Assembly: GCF_036971445.1 (NCBI RefSeq)
Contig: NC_091473.1
Coordinates: 170,376,001 to 170,440,000, forward strand
DNA from: Narcine bancroftii
Taxonomy: Eukaryota
DNA length: 64,000 nt
Reading direction: 5' to 3'
A program made the position numbers and the translations under genes. Under the pieces are notes generated by a model. The model had not been told where the DNA came from and made no database searches. It worked only from the letters and a program-made list of their open reading frames with translations. Below are positions 24,889 through 38,487 of this stretch, piece by piece. The first letter of the stretch is position 1; each line of letters opens with the position of its first letter.

Positions 24889-25949
24889 TTTTTTTTGAAA
24901 TTCATTAAAGATCAAATTGCCTTTTTTGTGTAAACTCCTTGTCGGAGGTTTCAGTTTTAGAAATCTGCAATGCTTATATCAAAGGTCTGATAATTTCATT
25001 TTAAGCAAACATAAAAAATAAGGCTAATCTTGAGAGAGACTACTTGTCCAATCAGCTGAAGTATATTGATCAATAATATGCTATAATACTGAAATCTGAG
25101 CTTTTAAAAAGAAGGGTTGAACTGAAAGCTAAACACAACTTGCTTCTTACTTGTCTCATTCAGACAAGTTTTTAAAGAGTAAATCCAAGTTCTATGTGCA
25201 TAGTGATAAGGCAGAGAAATTGTTAACTTGCCAAAATACAGCTAAATGGCTTATCACTGAGATTAATAAAGATGATGGTAAGATTACTAATGATTTTGTT
25301 GAAATAAATGACCCTTTTTCTCAATTTTATTCTTAGTTGTACTGTTCAGATTTGATTTTAAAGATCATACCACAATTCTTGGATCATCTGTCTATTCCTT
25401 CAGTTCCTTCAGAGGACAAATTAAAGTTGGAACAACTTTCTGTGCAGTAGCTATTAACTCTTTGCAGTCCAGTAAGGTCCCTGGTCCCAACAGCTTCTCA
25501 GCAGAGATTTATAAATCATTTTCCCATTTATTCATATCTCATTTACATTCTTTTTTTACTCAACCCTTAGTTACTGGAAAGTTGCCTGAAACTTTTTGAA
25601 GCCTCAATTTCTCTTATTGCTAAAAAGTGTAAAGGCATATGAGACTGATCCTCCTAACGACCAATCTCCCTCTTAACTATTGCTATGAATATACTGTCTT
25701 AAGATTTGAGCTTAAAGATTAGAGAATATCATTAATCATCTCTGAGGATCAAACTGTGTTTATTGAAGGACGTTACTTTCAATTTAATATGTCGTTTGTT
25801 AAACATACTTTAACTTACCACAGTTTCGTCCTTTGTGTTATTTCTTTCGATGCTGAAAAAGCTTTTGATAGACTTGAATAGGAATATTTATTTAGTGTAT
25901 TGGAGAAATTCAGTTTTGGTCCCCAATCGTAGATTGGATTAAACTGTTA

Positions 25950-26306
25950 TAAAACCTCGTTAGAACGTGGTAGTTGGAGTCCAAGATTTCATACCGCGTT
26001 ACAGCCAAGTCGTGCAACAGATGCATTTATGTCAGAGTGTGGGACTGCCAGCACATGATGTCGGGGCTTGGGCGGCAGGCGCGGGACATCGGGACAGCCG
26101 CCACGGCGCCGGCTGTCCCTGCCCCGATGTCCCAGGCAGAGGCAGCAGGGAAGGGGGCTGTCCGGTGAAGGGGGCTGTCAGGTGCAGGGAGTTGGGTTGC
26201 CGGCTGATTGTCATCAGCCCGCCCCTTAGCAGTTTGGAGTCCACAGACACCCGCACTATAAGCGATTCCGCGGATTAACGAATCACGTTCTAATGAGGTT
26301 TAACTG
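25950..26306. mobile_element. GC-rich TcMar/Tigger-like MITE
   Basis: TIRs aaacctcgttagaacgtg / cacgttctaatgaggttt; interrupts the L1 RT. Confidence 0.75.
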
Positions 26307-27034
26307 TGTCCGACTGCTTTAACCTTTACGAACTCAATTTAATCTAAACCTTTTCATTTGTATCACGGTACCAGACAGGGATATCCTTTAAGTCTATTAT
26401 TATTTAATTTGCCCTTAGAACCTCTAGCTGTGGCTTTTCAGCCGTCAGCTGATATTTCGGGAATCACAAGAGCAGGAAGTGTTCAGAAGCTGATCTTTTG
26501 TTTTTTTAATATTTGATTTAAAATTCTCCATCTGTATTTAATGTATTTTTACATAGGCAAAATTTGATTAGATTAAAAATTAGAATGATTGCATGTTAAT
26601 TTAAACCCCCCCCCCACCCTCACTCTCCTCTCACATATACCCTCCCACCAAAAAACATGTTAATAGAAATAGATATGATATATAGTTATATAGAAAAAAA
26701 AAGAGACAAGAGAAAAAATTTATTTTTCATTTTTCATTTCCATGCTACATCTTTCTATACCTAAATGTGCATCTGATTTCCAAGTCACTGTAATACATTT
26801 CCTTGCCACAGCTAATGCTATTTTAATAAATTTCACTTGATAAAATTATAAATTTAATTTCCCCAGTAAAAATAAATCTGGATTTCAGCAAGACAAGTGT
26901 TTACTTGAACAAAAGTTGCTTTTAATCATCTTTAAATATGAAAGCAGAATCACACTTTAACTTATCGCTATTGACTTAACTAACCTAACTTAACCCCCTT
27001 CTAATTCTAAGCGCATGTGTATGTAATGTGTGTA

Positions 27035-28892
27035 TATTCAGGCATTTTCAATATTTCCTCGAGGGCAGGAAATTCCAGATCTTCACTGATCATAAACCAC
27101 TTACCTTTGCTTTCAGCAAAGTTTCAGATCCATGGTCAGCCAGGCAGCAGAGATACCTTTCTTACATTTCAGAATTCTCCACTGACATGAGTCACATTGC
27201 AGGAAAATTTGACACATTGTCCCAACCCACCATTTCCACCATACGTGCCCCCGCCCCAGATATCAACAAAGTGGTCCTGGCAAAAGCACAACAGGAGGAT
27301 CCCGACATCCCCACTTTATCATCCTTCAGCTGGAGAGCGTCCCAATTGGTCCAGGTAAAATAACTCTTGTGTGACACAGCTGCTGGTAAGCCATGCCCAA
27401 TCATCCCGGCCAATTGGACAAGACAAATTTTCGACATGGTCCATAATCTGGCATACCCCTCCATTAGACCACTGTCAGAATGGTAGCTGACCGATTCATC
27501 TGGCATGGCCTCCGAAAAGACGTCAGCCAGTGGAAAAGGGCTTGCACGTGATGTCAGTTTGCTAAGATCCAGGCACATGTTAAGGCCCCCCTCCAGACTT
27601 TCCAACCACCATGGCAAAGGTTCAGCCACATACAAGTGGACATTATTGGCTCACTACCGGTGTCATAGGGTGCCCAATACCTGCTCACTATTATAGACTC
27701 TTCGACCAGGTGGCCCGAAGCAGTCCCATTACCTGAGTTGTCCACTAAGACATGTGCTAGGGCCCTGCTAAACTTATGGCACACTTTAGAGTCCCAGAAC
27801 ATCTCACCACTGAAAGGAGGGCTCAGTTTATCTCCAGTCTTTGGACAGCCTTGGTCAATGTCGTGGGAACCCAACTCCACCAGATGATGGCATATCACCT
27901 GCAAATCAACGATTGCTGGAGAGGTTCCATAGGCACACAAATCAGCCCTTTTGGGCAGACTCTTAGGACCCAACTGGACAGATAAACTGCCATAGGTTCT
28001 CCTGGACATCCAAACTGCACCCAAGGAGGATTTCAATACATCCGCAGCCGAGATGGAGTATGCTGCGTCCTTAGTCATCCTTGGCGAATTCTTGGCTAGT
28101 AGCCCGGAAGACCCACCGACGCCACCCTAGCCAGACTGCACGAACGCTTGAAAACGTTTGCCCCAACACTTCCCAAAGCGCATGGCCTTCCAGGTCCCTA
28201 GTCTCCAAAGACCTCAAAAACTGTAAATATGTTTTCATGAGGTGCAGTAATCACCGGCCACTACTCTGAAGGTTGTACGAGGGGCCATATCCCATCCTCC
28301 AACACAATGGGTCCACCTGTGTTCTGGACATTAGTGGCAGGGAAGAGACTTTCACAATTGTCCGACTCAAACCGGCACATTTAGACAGCAATCAACCAGT
28401 CACAGTCCCAATCCCTCACTACAGGGCCAGGCCTCCTAAAGGTACTAATATCTCTGATTGCCAGTTCTCGGGGGTGGGGGGAGTGGGATTATGTAGCGGC
28501 CCGCAGCTATCGCAGTAAGCTGACACAGAAGATGCCGTTCAAACACGGCAATAGAGTGTGCTTGAAGAGGTGTCAGCAGCCTGTTCCCATTGGCCACTTC
28601 AAAACAGGCTCTGCCAGCCAATCGCCGGTGATGGATCACAAAAGGGCCAATTAGTGCCCAGACCAGCACAAGCCACACCTGTCAACGACACTGCAGCAAA
28701 ATGGGCTGATCCCACTAATCAGCACTTGAAGGGGCACGGGTTATGCCCGTCGGTCACGTGGCAGCCGGGGTGGGTCTCCCTGACCATTTGAAAGAAAGCA
28801 GCCAGTCAGCCAGTTCATTAAAATCAGTGTCACCTGCACTCATTGTTTTGTGTGTGTGTCTTATTTCCGAGCTAGAATCTCGACACGTCACA
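27035..28892 (+). mobile_element. Ty3/Gypsy 3' portion: RNase H, integrase, PPT, 3' LTR (28492-28892)
   Basis: RHFQYFLEGRKFQIFTDHKPL, RWPEAVP, YEGPY, IVRLKPAH; G-rich PPT then TGTAG...TCACA. Frameshifted. Confidence 0.9.
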
Positions 28893-30239
28893 ATATGATG
28901 AAACTAATAAAAATATTGAAAGAGAAAATAATCATACATAAACATGTAGTCATTGAACTGCATATTATGATACTTTTAGTTTAGGAAAACTATGAATAAA
29001 AGCATAACTATGATAAAACACACAGCTTACTTTCACAAAGGGCCAACTTTTTAAAGGAGCAACTAATTAAATTTGACTTGATTCAACTGTTCTCCTAGAG
29101 GATACCAATCTTTGATTCTCTGTCTTGCCATTTTGTATTACTAATGAGTTAAAAACTATTTTGCTCTGTTTTGTCTGGTTGCAGTATTTTTCATTTGGTA
29201 TTGTGGTTCAAATTTAGGCAGGCAGCAGCGACCATAATCCTCTTTCATTTGTGATAAATTCATTATGCAGAAGCAGTTCATTATTCTATGCATCTGAAAT
29301 TAACTCAATAATCTGATTAGAGCTGCAGACTAAAAATGAATTTCCAGGTGCTGATCATTTCATTAATTTTCCTGAAAATCTTTACCATATTATCTGACAA
29401 AACAAATCTGTCTTTCTTTCAAATGGCCCTTTATTTCATCCTTTGCTTTAAAAACCCTTTTTAATTCAGGATTTGGAAATTGGCGGCAAACTAATTTTAG
29501 AACTTATGAACCTTTTGAACAATTGATGCATAGTTCATTCTAATAAAACTGCACAGATTTTTTGTGTGTTCTCCTCCCCCCCACCCAGATTTGTTGAAGT
29601 TGCTTCACATAATCAATGTTCACATTTTGAAACGTGAGTTTATTTTTGCAGACTGCAAGTAAAATCTTTATGCATTTGTAGATTAGTGGTGATGTGACTC
29701 CTCTCGACTTAAGATTTTAAAATAACTAGTTTTGTCATTGTAACGATCAGACCTATTGTAACGATCTACCCCAAGGAGCCAAAGTGTTTTTTTTAAATAT
29801 AAAGAGCAATTTGAAAGCCAAAGCCCACAACTTTTATTTGTCACACTGTCCAAGATTGAGTTATACATTTGATCTTTATGCCTGGTCAGAAAATGTTGTA
29901 GGTTGGTTTCAAATTTCCTTGTGAAATCTCAGTGTTTAAATGGAATGATGTGGTCTGAAAGGAAGAAAATCTTTAAAACATTTATTCAGTGTGGTGATTG
30001 AGATTATCCTACAATTTGGAAGCTCTCTCGCAACTTTTCTATTTTCATGAATCGAGAGTGATTGGAAGATTTTTAGTTAACTTTGTCTTAATTGCAGTAA
30101 AGTTAGCATAAGGATTAATTATTTTAGCTTAGACAGGAGGCCTTGAATTAGAAGGAAAGGGCTGTTTTCCATGGAATGAAGAAGTCTGAGAAGTGACCTT
30201 TATAGAAATAAAATTAAGGGCCTTAAATAAACTAGATAA

Positions 30240-30905
30240 TGTTATGATGAACCCAATGGACCCCAAAACCCAGCAGCAATAGAAATTCACCAAGTCAAAT
30301 GGTTACTTCAACAAAAGTTGCTTTTAATTATCTTTAAACATGAAAACAGGATCAAACTTTAATTACTATAAACTTAATCTAACCTAACAACCCCCTTCTA
30401 ATTCTATGTATGTAATGTGTGTGTAAGTTCAAAAAAGTTCTTTGGTTCACAGTTCAATCTCATTTCTCATTCCTCCAAGTTCACCTGTATCAGGCAATTT
30501 TTAAACTGTGCACAGAATTTAACATTTTTGAACTTCACCAGGCTTTGGTGCTCGAAAGGTAAATGGTTACTGCTCAGGAAGGTTCTTATCAGTTTTAAGT
30601 GAGAGATTTGTTGCTCGTTGGACACCCACAACTGATCCCTTTCGATCAGCCACTTCAGTGTCTTGCCGAAGAAACTTGCCCATCAGGGTTTTCCAGATGA
30701 TAACCTCTTTCTTTCAGGTCACCACAGAGTTCCTTTTTGTTTCTCTTATTTCAGGTGAAACATTAGGCAGCCAGTTCTCTCCTCTTGTATAGACCACAAG
30801 GGCTTTGACCAGGCTGAACTAAGAACTCACAACTCATCTTCAAAATGGGGTTTTTCCACAAGCTTGTCAGCTTGTCCTGTTCCAGTCCCAGCTGCTGCTG
30901 CTGAA
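30240..30905 (-). mobile_element. Truncated LTR, family A
   Basis: Reverse complement of the 3' part of 20129-21495 and 48782-49759. Confidence 0.85.

Positions 30906-30907
<2 letters not shown>

Positions 30908-30971
<64 letters not shown>
30908..30971. repeat. (CT)n microsatellite
   Basis: About 32 units with one interruption. Confidence 0.95.
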
Positions 30972-30974
<3 letters not shown>

Positions 30975-33900
30975 GAGTTGATCTGAATGTCTGTACTGTA
31001 TAATGCTCTGAATTGAGTGGTAATATTTTGATCTTGGATAGTGTATTCATTGGAATAATATTTCCTGAGCTCTGCACTGTTATGGGTCCAATCTGTCAGA
31101 GTTGAACAATCCCTTGTGGATGGAAAATTCTTTTAATATTATTTGGAGAATAACAAAGGAATTTTCCAAATGATCTCTGAGCACTTCAAACTTGTGCTTA
31201 TGAAAGCTGTTAAAGCTGCATTAAAAGCAAGATCATTTATTAGAGGATAAAAAATTTTTAAAAACATGGAGTTTACTCAGCTTATTTGTCTATGCGAAAC
31301 ATAGACCTTCATTATCTGATCCCACCGTCTAGCAATAGACCCAGAGCACAACAAATAATCACATAAATAATGCTGTGTTTCAGACCTCTGCTACCCTCTG
31401 GGTGAGTTTTTCATCTCTCCTCCAATCTATCCATAAATTATTTTAAATCTATGTCCCATCTGCAAGAAGAAATGGGAGTTTGGAGAGTAAACAGGGATTT
31501 TTAAAAAACTAGATATTGCATAGAATTCAATGTCTTCCTGCTGCTTTCCTGCTTCCAAAGAAAATCAACCCAGGTTTATCTGGGAAAAAAATATCATTGT
31601 ATCCAAATGGAACTATTCTTGGTGTATACATGAATTACTACTGGGGCTTGGTTTGTAAACAATGATACAGGCAACTAAATTTATACAAAGCATTAATGTT
31701 GTTTTGTGAAGGCATAGCATGTCAATTCAACTCAAAAGTAACTTGATACAGCAGTACATTTCCTTTTCATTTGAACTAACTGAATTAGGCTAAGATTAAA
31801 TAATATGTTTAACCACCTAAGTGTTACTATAAATATAACAAGCTAATTTTGTCTTAGCTGATATATTAACAGCTGACACATTACAGAAAAATTATCTTGG
31901 TTTCTTGCTGTAAAAAGTTTGTAGCTAAATAACAATGCTTGTAAACTGCAGCATCACATTCCAAATATTAGCACAAGTTACATGTGGTGGAAGGAATTTA
32001 AATTTAATTTTTAATCAAAGGCCTTTAATTCATTAAAAAATTTGAATGTCACATCATGAATCCAACAAGAATTTCATGAACAAATTTCAGTAAACATGTT
32101 TGTTACATCTTCAAACTTGTCAAAATATTACCTAACACACATGCATAATCTCATCGCAAGTGTTCAGCACTCCTCTTGCTAGCATTTGCTCTATTCTTAA
32201 ATGATAAAAGCTTCATAAATGTTCCCAAATTGAAAGGAAGAAAACTTACCTGTCATGTGTGGCTCTAAATTGCTTTCACTTACAATATTCCTTTTATATT
32301 TGAGACCTGGTTCTTGCTGTGATTTCCATTTTGTCAAAATTGACTTTGAAATATTTTCCACATTCATATTAGTTAATGAGTATAATATCATGAGGTTCTC
32401 AGCTCAAGAGAAAATCAAAAGGATGGCTTGAGGCCATGGTTCAACCATATCAAGAAAGAACTGTGAATTGTTTCATTGGAACTCTTGTGTTCACTTGGGT
32501 ACTGATAATGAATGCAAACATCCGGCAGTGTTCAGTACATTAACTGATACGGGGGTCCTTAAAATACCAGTTGCTTCAACCAATAGCCAAGTTTGAAGTC
32601 TTTTTGTGCTTGTTCCTCCATCCAATACTCATTGCATCTGTTTCTGTACTGACTTTGGTTGTTGAAGTACGTGGTTTTGCTTGGAGTGATGCAGTATCAG
32701 ACTTGACTGATTTTTGAGAAATCTGGTGGCAGCTGAACTTATCAGTGACAACAGATATGTGAGGCATTTGCAACTTTTAAGGATAGAGTTTACCGACATT
32801 GCCACTGGGTCACCTTTTGGGAAGGGATTTGTGACTGTAGGAAATCAGATAAATTTAGCACAATGCAGAATGCAGTACAACAGAGCATTGATATTTATTA
32901 GCTAAAGTTGCAAATGACAACCAATGTTTTACTGATGGTCAGTAATTTGGGATGCATTTTTAAAATTGTTTTAAATAATTGATTGATCTTGTCCAATAAT
33001 GATTTTCAAACATGTGGATGGAAGTGGATTGCATCAAACTTGTGCAACATTGATTTAATCAATTCTGATGTCCAATGATAAATTAATATTAAGATGAAAT
33101 ATAAATGGAATACTTGCACTTGTTTGATACCAAGAATAAATTGTGTACCTCTGAGATGTGCTTGATTAAAAATTCTTGGTATGCTAAAAATCTCATATTG
33201 GTCCTTTAGTACCAAGTTTTAAAAATCAGAAAACCAAATAGGATTTACAAAAATCCAGCGATTTCACGGTTACCATTTCTTTAATTTGCTTTAGTCACTT
33301 CAATTTATGCTCCATTGCCATGATGACATTTTGATTTCTCTGTTTGAATAAATAATCTTTGTCCCTTGTGTGTATCTGTAAGTTAGTAAATGTTAATGAG
33401 ATCAAACTGCTGTACCTCTGAATACATGTGCAATGCAGTTAAAATTATTCAATTATCTTCTAAAAACCCATGGATTTAGCAGTATTTTTTCAACAGTTGT
33501 TATTCAAATAACATATTGTGCTCTCCAACGAAGAGGAAAGAATGTCAGCCATACTGATTCTAACCATTAATAGCGAGAACTTGAGTAAAAGACATGACTT
33601 GAGAGGCACAAATTGCTAAGAGAATGTATTATCTTTTTCTCTTCCCCTGTAATATCTGGGCTCTGTTGTTTAATTCAACCCAATTCAATACTACAGAATA
33701 AAGAACTGCCATTTCAAATTACATTTTTATCTAGTCTTCAGAAGACTTTATTTTTAAAAAAAAAACAACGATCTGATTGTAGTAGCACTATGTTCTGCTG
33801 TATATCTTCGGTCAATATCCCCCTGACACAAGACTGGCAAGTTGTACCTTTTTAAGAATTTTGTGAACAATTCAAGTCAAAATGTTTTATTTTTCCCTTC

Positions 33901-34569
33901 TTAAAATGAAATATCAGAGCATATGATTCCCATGAATATCAGTTTTAAAACATTTTATTTTAAATTGTGTTTGTAATCATGCAAAATAAATCAAATAGAA
34001 TATGTAATTTGTTTGCTAATGGAAACTTCAAATTAAGTAACTTTAATATGCAGGTGAAAGTTTAGCATGTACATTTTCAGTGCATAGCCATACAGATTTA
34101 AATTTTGATTTAATTGGATATGATTATTCTGTGGCATTGTTCAGGTGGTTATCAGGATTTGATTAAAGTGCATTCTAATCTTGTGAATTATTTGCAAGGA
34201 AAAAAAAGGCCAATTAAATCAAGTCATTTTAATATTTAATATACATCAAGATAGTGTCAATGACAATTGATACGACTTTAAATTCAAATGCACTTTTCAG
34301 TGATGTATTTAGAACAAATGATAACCCATCAATATAGCTGGGAACAAAATGTGCTAGTCCTGTTTAATTGAAAGTATAGCAAAGTGTTTCTTGTAAATCT
34401 AATGAGTTCAAATGTGGCCATGTTCTCCTATGATAACCTAGTTTGTATACTATTTTAAATGTAGCTTGTGCAATAGCTTATTGGTCCATTCAAATTGATG
34501 TTTTTATATTGCAGAAGTTTGGCAGTTTTATTTTATTTTTAACCTTTTTCCTTGCCTTCTTGCTACTTA

Positions 34570-36905
34570 TCGAGTAACCCCACAATCAGTGAGGATCTCT
34601 CACCACAGGGCTGTGTTCTTAGCCCTCCTTGCTCTACTTGCTTTACATCTACAACTGTGTGCCTCAGAAGGACAGCAACACCATTTACGAGTTTGCCGAT
34701 GATACCACGGTAGGGGGTTGTATATTTTTTTAAAAAGGCGATGAGTCAGCAGATAGGAGGGAAATTAAAACTTAGTTGAGTGGAGCACCAATAATAAGCT
34801 GATGATTTCCTTCTGGACCAATAACAGCAACGTTGCTTTCAACAGATTCTTCAAGTTCTTGAAAAGGTACAACTCAGCAGTATTGTGTCGGGGATGCTGT
34901 CCAAAGATGGACAGTACAACTAAAGGGCAAATTCATACCCTGGCACATCTCAGTGCTACTGCAATCAACCCAAACCAAGAAGTTGATTGTTGCCTTCAGG
35001 AAGAAAAACCAGATGTGTATGATCCAGTGATCAGAGGTAGCAAACTAGGTGCTTGGGAGTCACTATCTCGGAGGATCTTTCCTGGAGCTAACACAATTAT
35101 GGCATCATTTAGAACAAAACCGCTGTGGATGAATATATCCCCACCAAATCATTCAGGGTTTTCCCCAACCAGAAGCCCAGGATGAACAATGAGAGCCAGA
35201 TCGCAGGCACTTAAGTCCGGAGATCCCAGATCAGGACAGCAGGAGCAGGTATGACCTGCGAAAAGATATCTCTTGAGTGAAGAGATTCCAGATGAAAATG
35301 GAAACAACGAGGGACACTCGATAGATGTAGCAGGGCATAAATGCCATAACCTGTTACAAACCAAATCCAGTAAAGTAGAAGACGCCAAAGCTTCTCTGCC
35401 AGAGGAATTCAATGCCTTCCGTGCCCAATTTGACGATAGTAACAGCATAGAACCACCCCTCAGCACCCCATGTCCCCTTATGATCCCATCCTGTCCGTAT
35501 TTGAGGATGACCTGCTGCTGCCTTCAGGAGAGTGAATACAAGGAAAGCATCTGGCCTGGATGGAGTACTTGGCTGAGCATTAAAGATTTCTGCTGACCAA
35601 CTTACCAAGGTATTCACAGATATCTTCATTATCTCACTCCAGCAGGGTGTAGTAACCACCTGTTTTAAACAGGTGTCAATCATACCGGTGATCAAAAAGT
35701 GTGCAGTAACCTGCCTGAATGACTATCGACCAGTAGCACTTACATCAACAGTGATGAAGTGTTTTGAAAGGCTGGTGATGAGGCAGATCTGCTTATCATA
35801 GTAACAGGATGCCAACTGGCTGCCTCCACACAAAGCCCTGGAACACCTGCACAGCAAAGATGCCTAGATCAGGACTACAGTTTAGCATCTCACACCATCA
35901 TCCCCTCAAAACTAATCAGCAAACTCCAAGACCTAAGAGTTAACACCCCACTGTGTAAGTAGATCATGGATTTCCTCACCTCCGGACCACAATTAGTGAG
36001 AATTGGTAAGAACTTCTCCACAATCTTCATCAGTACCGGAGCACCACAGGGCTGTTCTTGGCCCCCTGCCCTACTCACTTTACACCTACGACTGTATGTA
36101 ACTCGGAACGACAGTAACACCATCTACAAATTTGCTGATGATACCACAGTAGTGGGTTGTGTAAAGGAAGGGAATGAGTCAGCAAACAGGACGGAGATGG
36201 AAAACTTGGCTGAATGGTGCACCAACAACAACCTTGCACTCAATGTCACCAAAACTAAGGACCTGATTGTTGAATCACTATGTTGGAGGATCTCTCCTGG
36301 ACCCAACTCACTAATGACATCGTGAAGAAAGTACATTACCGCCTCTACTTCCTCAAGAGTTTGCAGAGGCTTGGTATGACACCAGAAACCCAGGCAAATT
36401 TCTACAGATGTGTGGTGGGAAGTGTGCTGACCAGCTGCATCAAGGTCTGGTATGGGGACTCCAATACTCCTGAGCATAAAGCCCTCCAAATCTTTAATGC
36501 TCAGCCAAAAGGTAGTGGACAAAGTCCAGGACATCATAGCCAAATCCATTTCCACCATCAAGAACATCTACAGGGAACACTGCCATTGGAGAGCAGCAGC
36601 AATCATCAAGAATCTACACCACCCAGCACGCGCTCTGTTCTCGATGTGACATCAGGAAAGAGTCACAGACTTGCACCACCAGGTTCAGGAACAACTGCTA
36701 CCCCTCCACTATCAGACTCCTCAACAACAAATTCAATCAAGGCTCATTTAAGAACTCCTCCTTTTGTACTTTATTGTTTTTTTTTCTCATCTGTTTTCCA
36801 CGGTCATTTGTTTACGTGTACATGTGGTAATTCTGCCGCGCCTGCAGGAAAAAGAATCTCAGGGTTGTATGTGATGTCATGCAGATACTCTGGCAATAAA
36901 TCTGA
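34570..36905 (+). mobile_element. Rex1/Babar LINE fragments (two pieces, including RT)
   Basis: [28 protein letters not shown] and FYRCVVGSVLT motifs; tail aataaatctgaa. Confidence 0.85.
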
Positions 36906-38487
36906 AACCATGAAACCGTCCTTGTTGTTGTCTGGGTGGCCCACACAGGGCAGATGATTCAGATTTATTGTCAGAGTACATACATGACATCACATACAAC
37001 CGTGGAAATTTTGACATTTTCTTCTGCAGATGCTACCTGAATTGAATTGTTTCCAAAGTTGTCTCGTTTTTGGATACGAGTTACTGTTACTGTTTTGGAT
37101 ACGAGTTACTGTCCAATAAGAGTTTAAAACTTTTTCCCTTTTATGATCCAATGATTCTTTGATTTTTATTTTCTTTACTCCATGGCATATTAACCACAAA
37201 TTAAATTATGCATATAAATTAATCCTTTGCCTTTTTCAGCTGCTGGTCTTGCTTTGAGCTTTAAAGCAACTGGAGAAATTCAAATCCTTCTGGAAGATTT
37301 ATCTGTAATTCATTGCAATAAATACCTGATGCAAATCTGTATAGCCCTTTTTACACAGCCACTTCAAGGTGGGAATATTGTACCTAGGTTGTGCCTTGCC
37401 TTCTGTGTAAAAGGTACAAATATGAAATGGGGGCCGGGGGTGTCCCACCTTGAAGCCTGCAGCGGAAGTAGTCACAGTGCCGAATCAATGTCTGTGTAAA
37501 AAGGACAAGCCTGGAACAAGTTGGGAAAGGATGTGTATGTGCACTGTATTTGATGGCATACAAGACCTCCCACCTTATTTCAGCGGGGAATATGAAGGAA
37601 AGATTTTTCAGTGTATTTGCGAGAAAGCATTTAAAACTTGGACAAAACATGCAACTAGGATAACAGGAAAAATCTTTTTGATGATAATAATACAGCTGTA
37701 ATTTACAAGACAGAACAAAAGCAGCTTAGCTATAGCAGAAAACATTTTTTAAAAAGAAACTGCAACTGTCGGTCCCTGCGCTGGTCCTGCTGCTTCTCTC
37801 TTGCTCGCTCTCGCGCTCTCTCTCAGTGGCCCACTATTGGTCCCTGTACTGGTCCTGCTGCTTGGCTCATTCCCACCAGCCTCCTGTCAGTCTCTGCGCT
37901 GGTCCCGCTGTCTCCTGGCAGCCCACTGACAGTCCCTGAGCTGGTCCCGCGGCCCTTCTCTCCAAGGTGAGCTGTCTCCTGACAGCTGCCTCCAGCTTCC
38001 ACACTGGTCCCACCACTTTTCTCCCCACCCACTGCTCGTCACCAATGATGGAGGTGATGTTTGTGAGCCACCCAGCATGGGCATTACTTACCATTATCAC
38101 TCTCATTTCAACTTCGCATTCAAGACCCAGGGATATTTTTGAGCCATTTTTGGGGGAAAAAAAGATGGCATACAATATATTAATACGTATAACAGTATGT
38201 TATACATCATACTAGACGCCGACACTTTTGTGTTACAAGTCGCTCCTATTTTGCTCCCAGAATGCCGGCTTGCTGTGTAAAATGACACACTGGCCCAGCA
38301 TTATGTTAACGTTGTTTGGTTCAGTGCAAAGAAGCATTGACGGCTGAATGATGACGACGACAGTGTTTTGTGCTATTTGTCTCATGAAAAAGAATAGCTT
38401 GCAGTTATACGGTGCTGCCATTGATAATGGAATGTTTTGAGAAACTTGTCATGGGAGAAAACTGACTTTTGATTTTTTTTTTAATAG

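Larger units (their letters stand above)
21740..26490 (+). mobile_element. Old L1/Tx1 ORF2 (endonuclease to RT), fragmented by later insertions
   Basis: NIDDPNFF...GDDLN at ~22000; KVPGPN, RPISLL, DAEKAFDR and GTRQGYPLS motifs at 25470-26400. Confidence 0.75.
9190..32834 (-). pseudogene. Putative decayed multi-exon SEA/EGF/mucin-like gene, antisense to DCP1A (boundaries uncertain)
   Basis: Several minus-strand segments with splice-like borders and SEA-, cbEGF- and S/T-rich translations with stops. Judged by eye only; see findings. Confidence 0.45.

Noticed and set aside
37540-38260. GC-richer block with gctggtcc repeats, possible TcMar MITE
   Set aside because: Could not define matching TIRs or a TSD with confidence.
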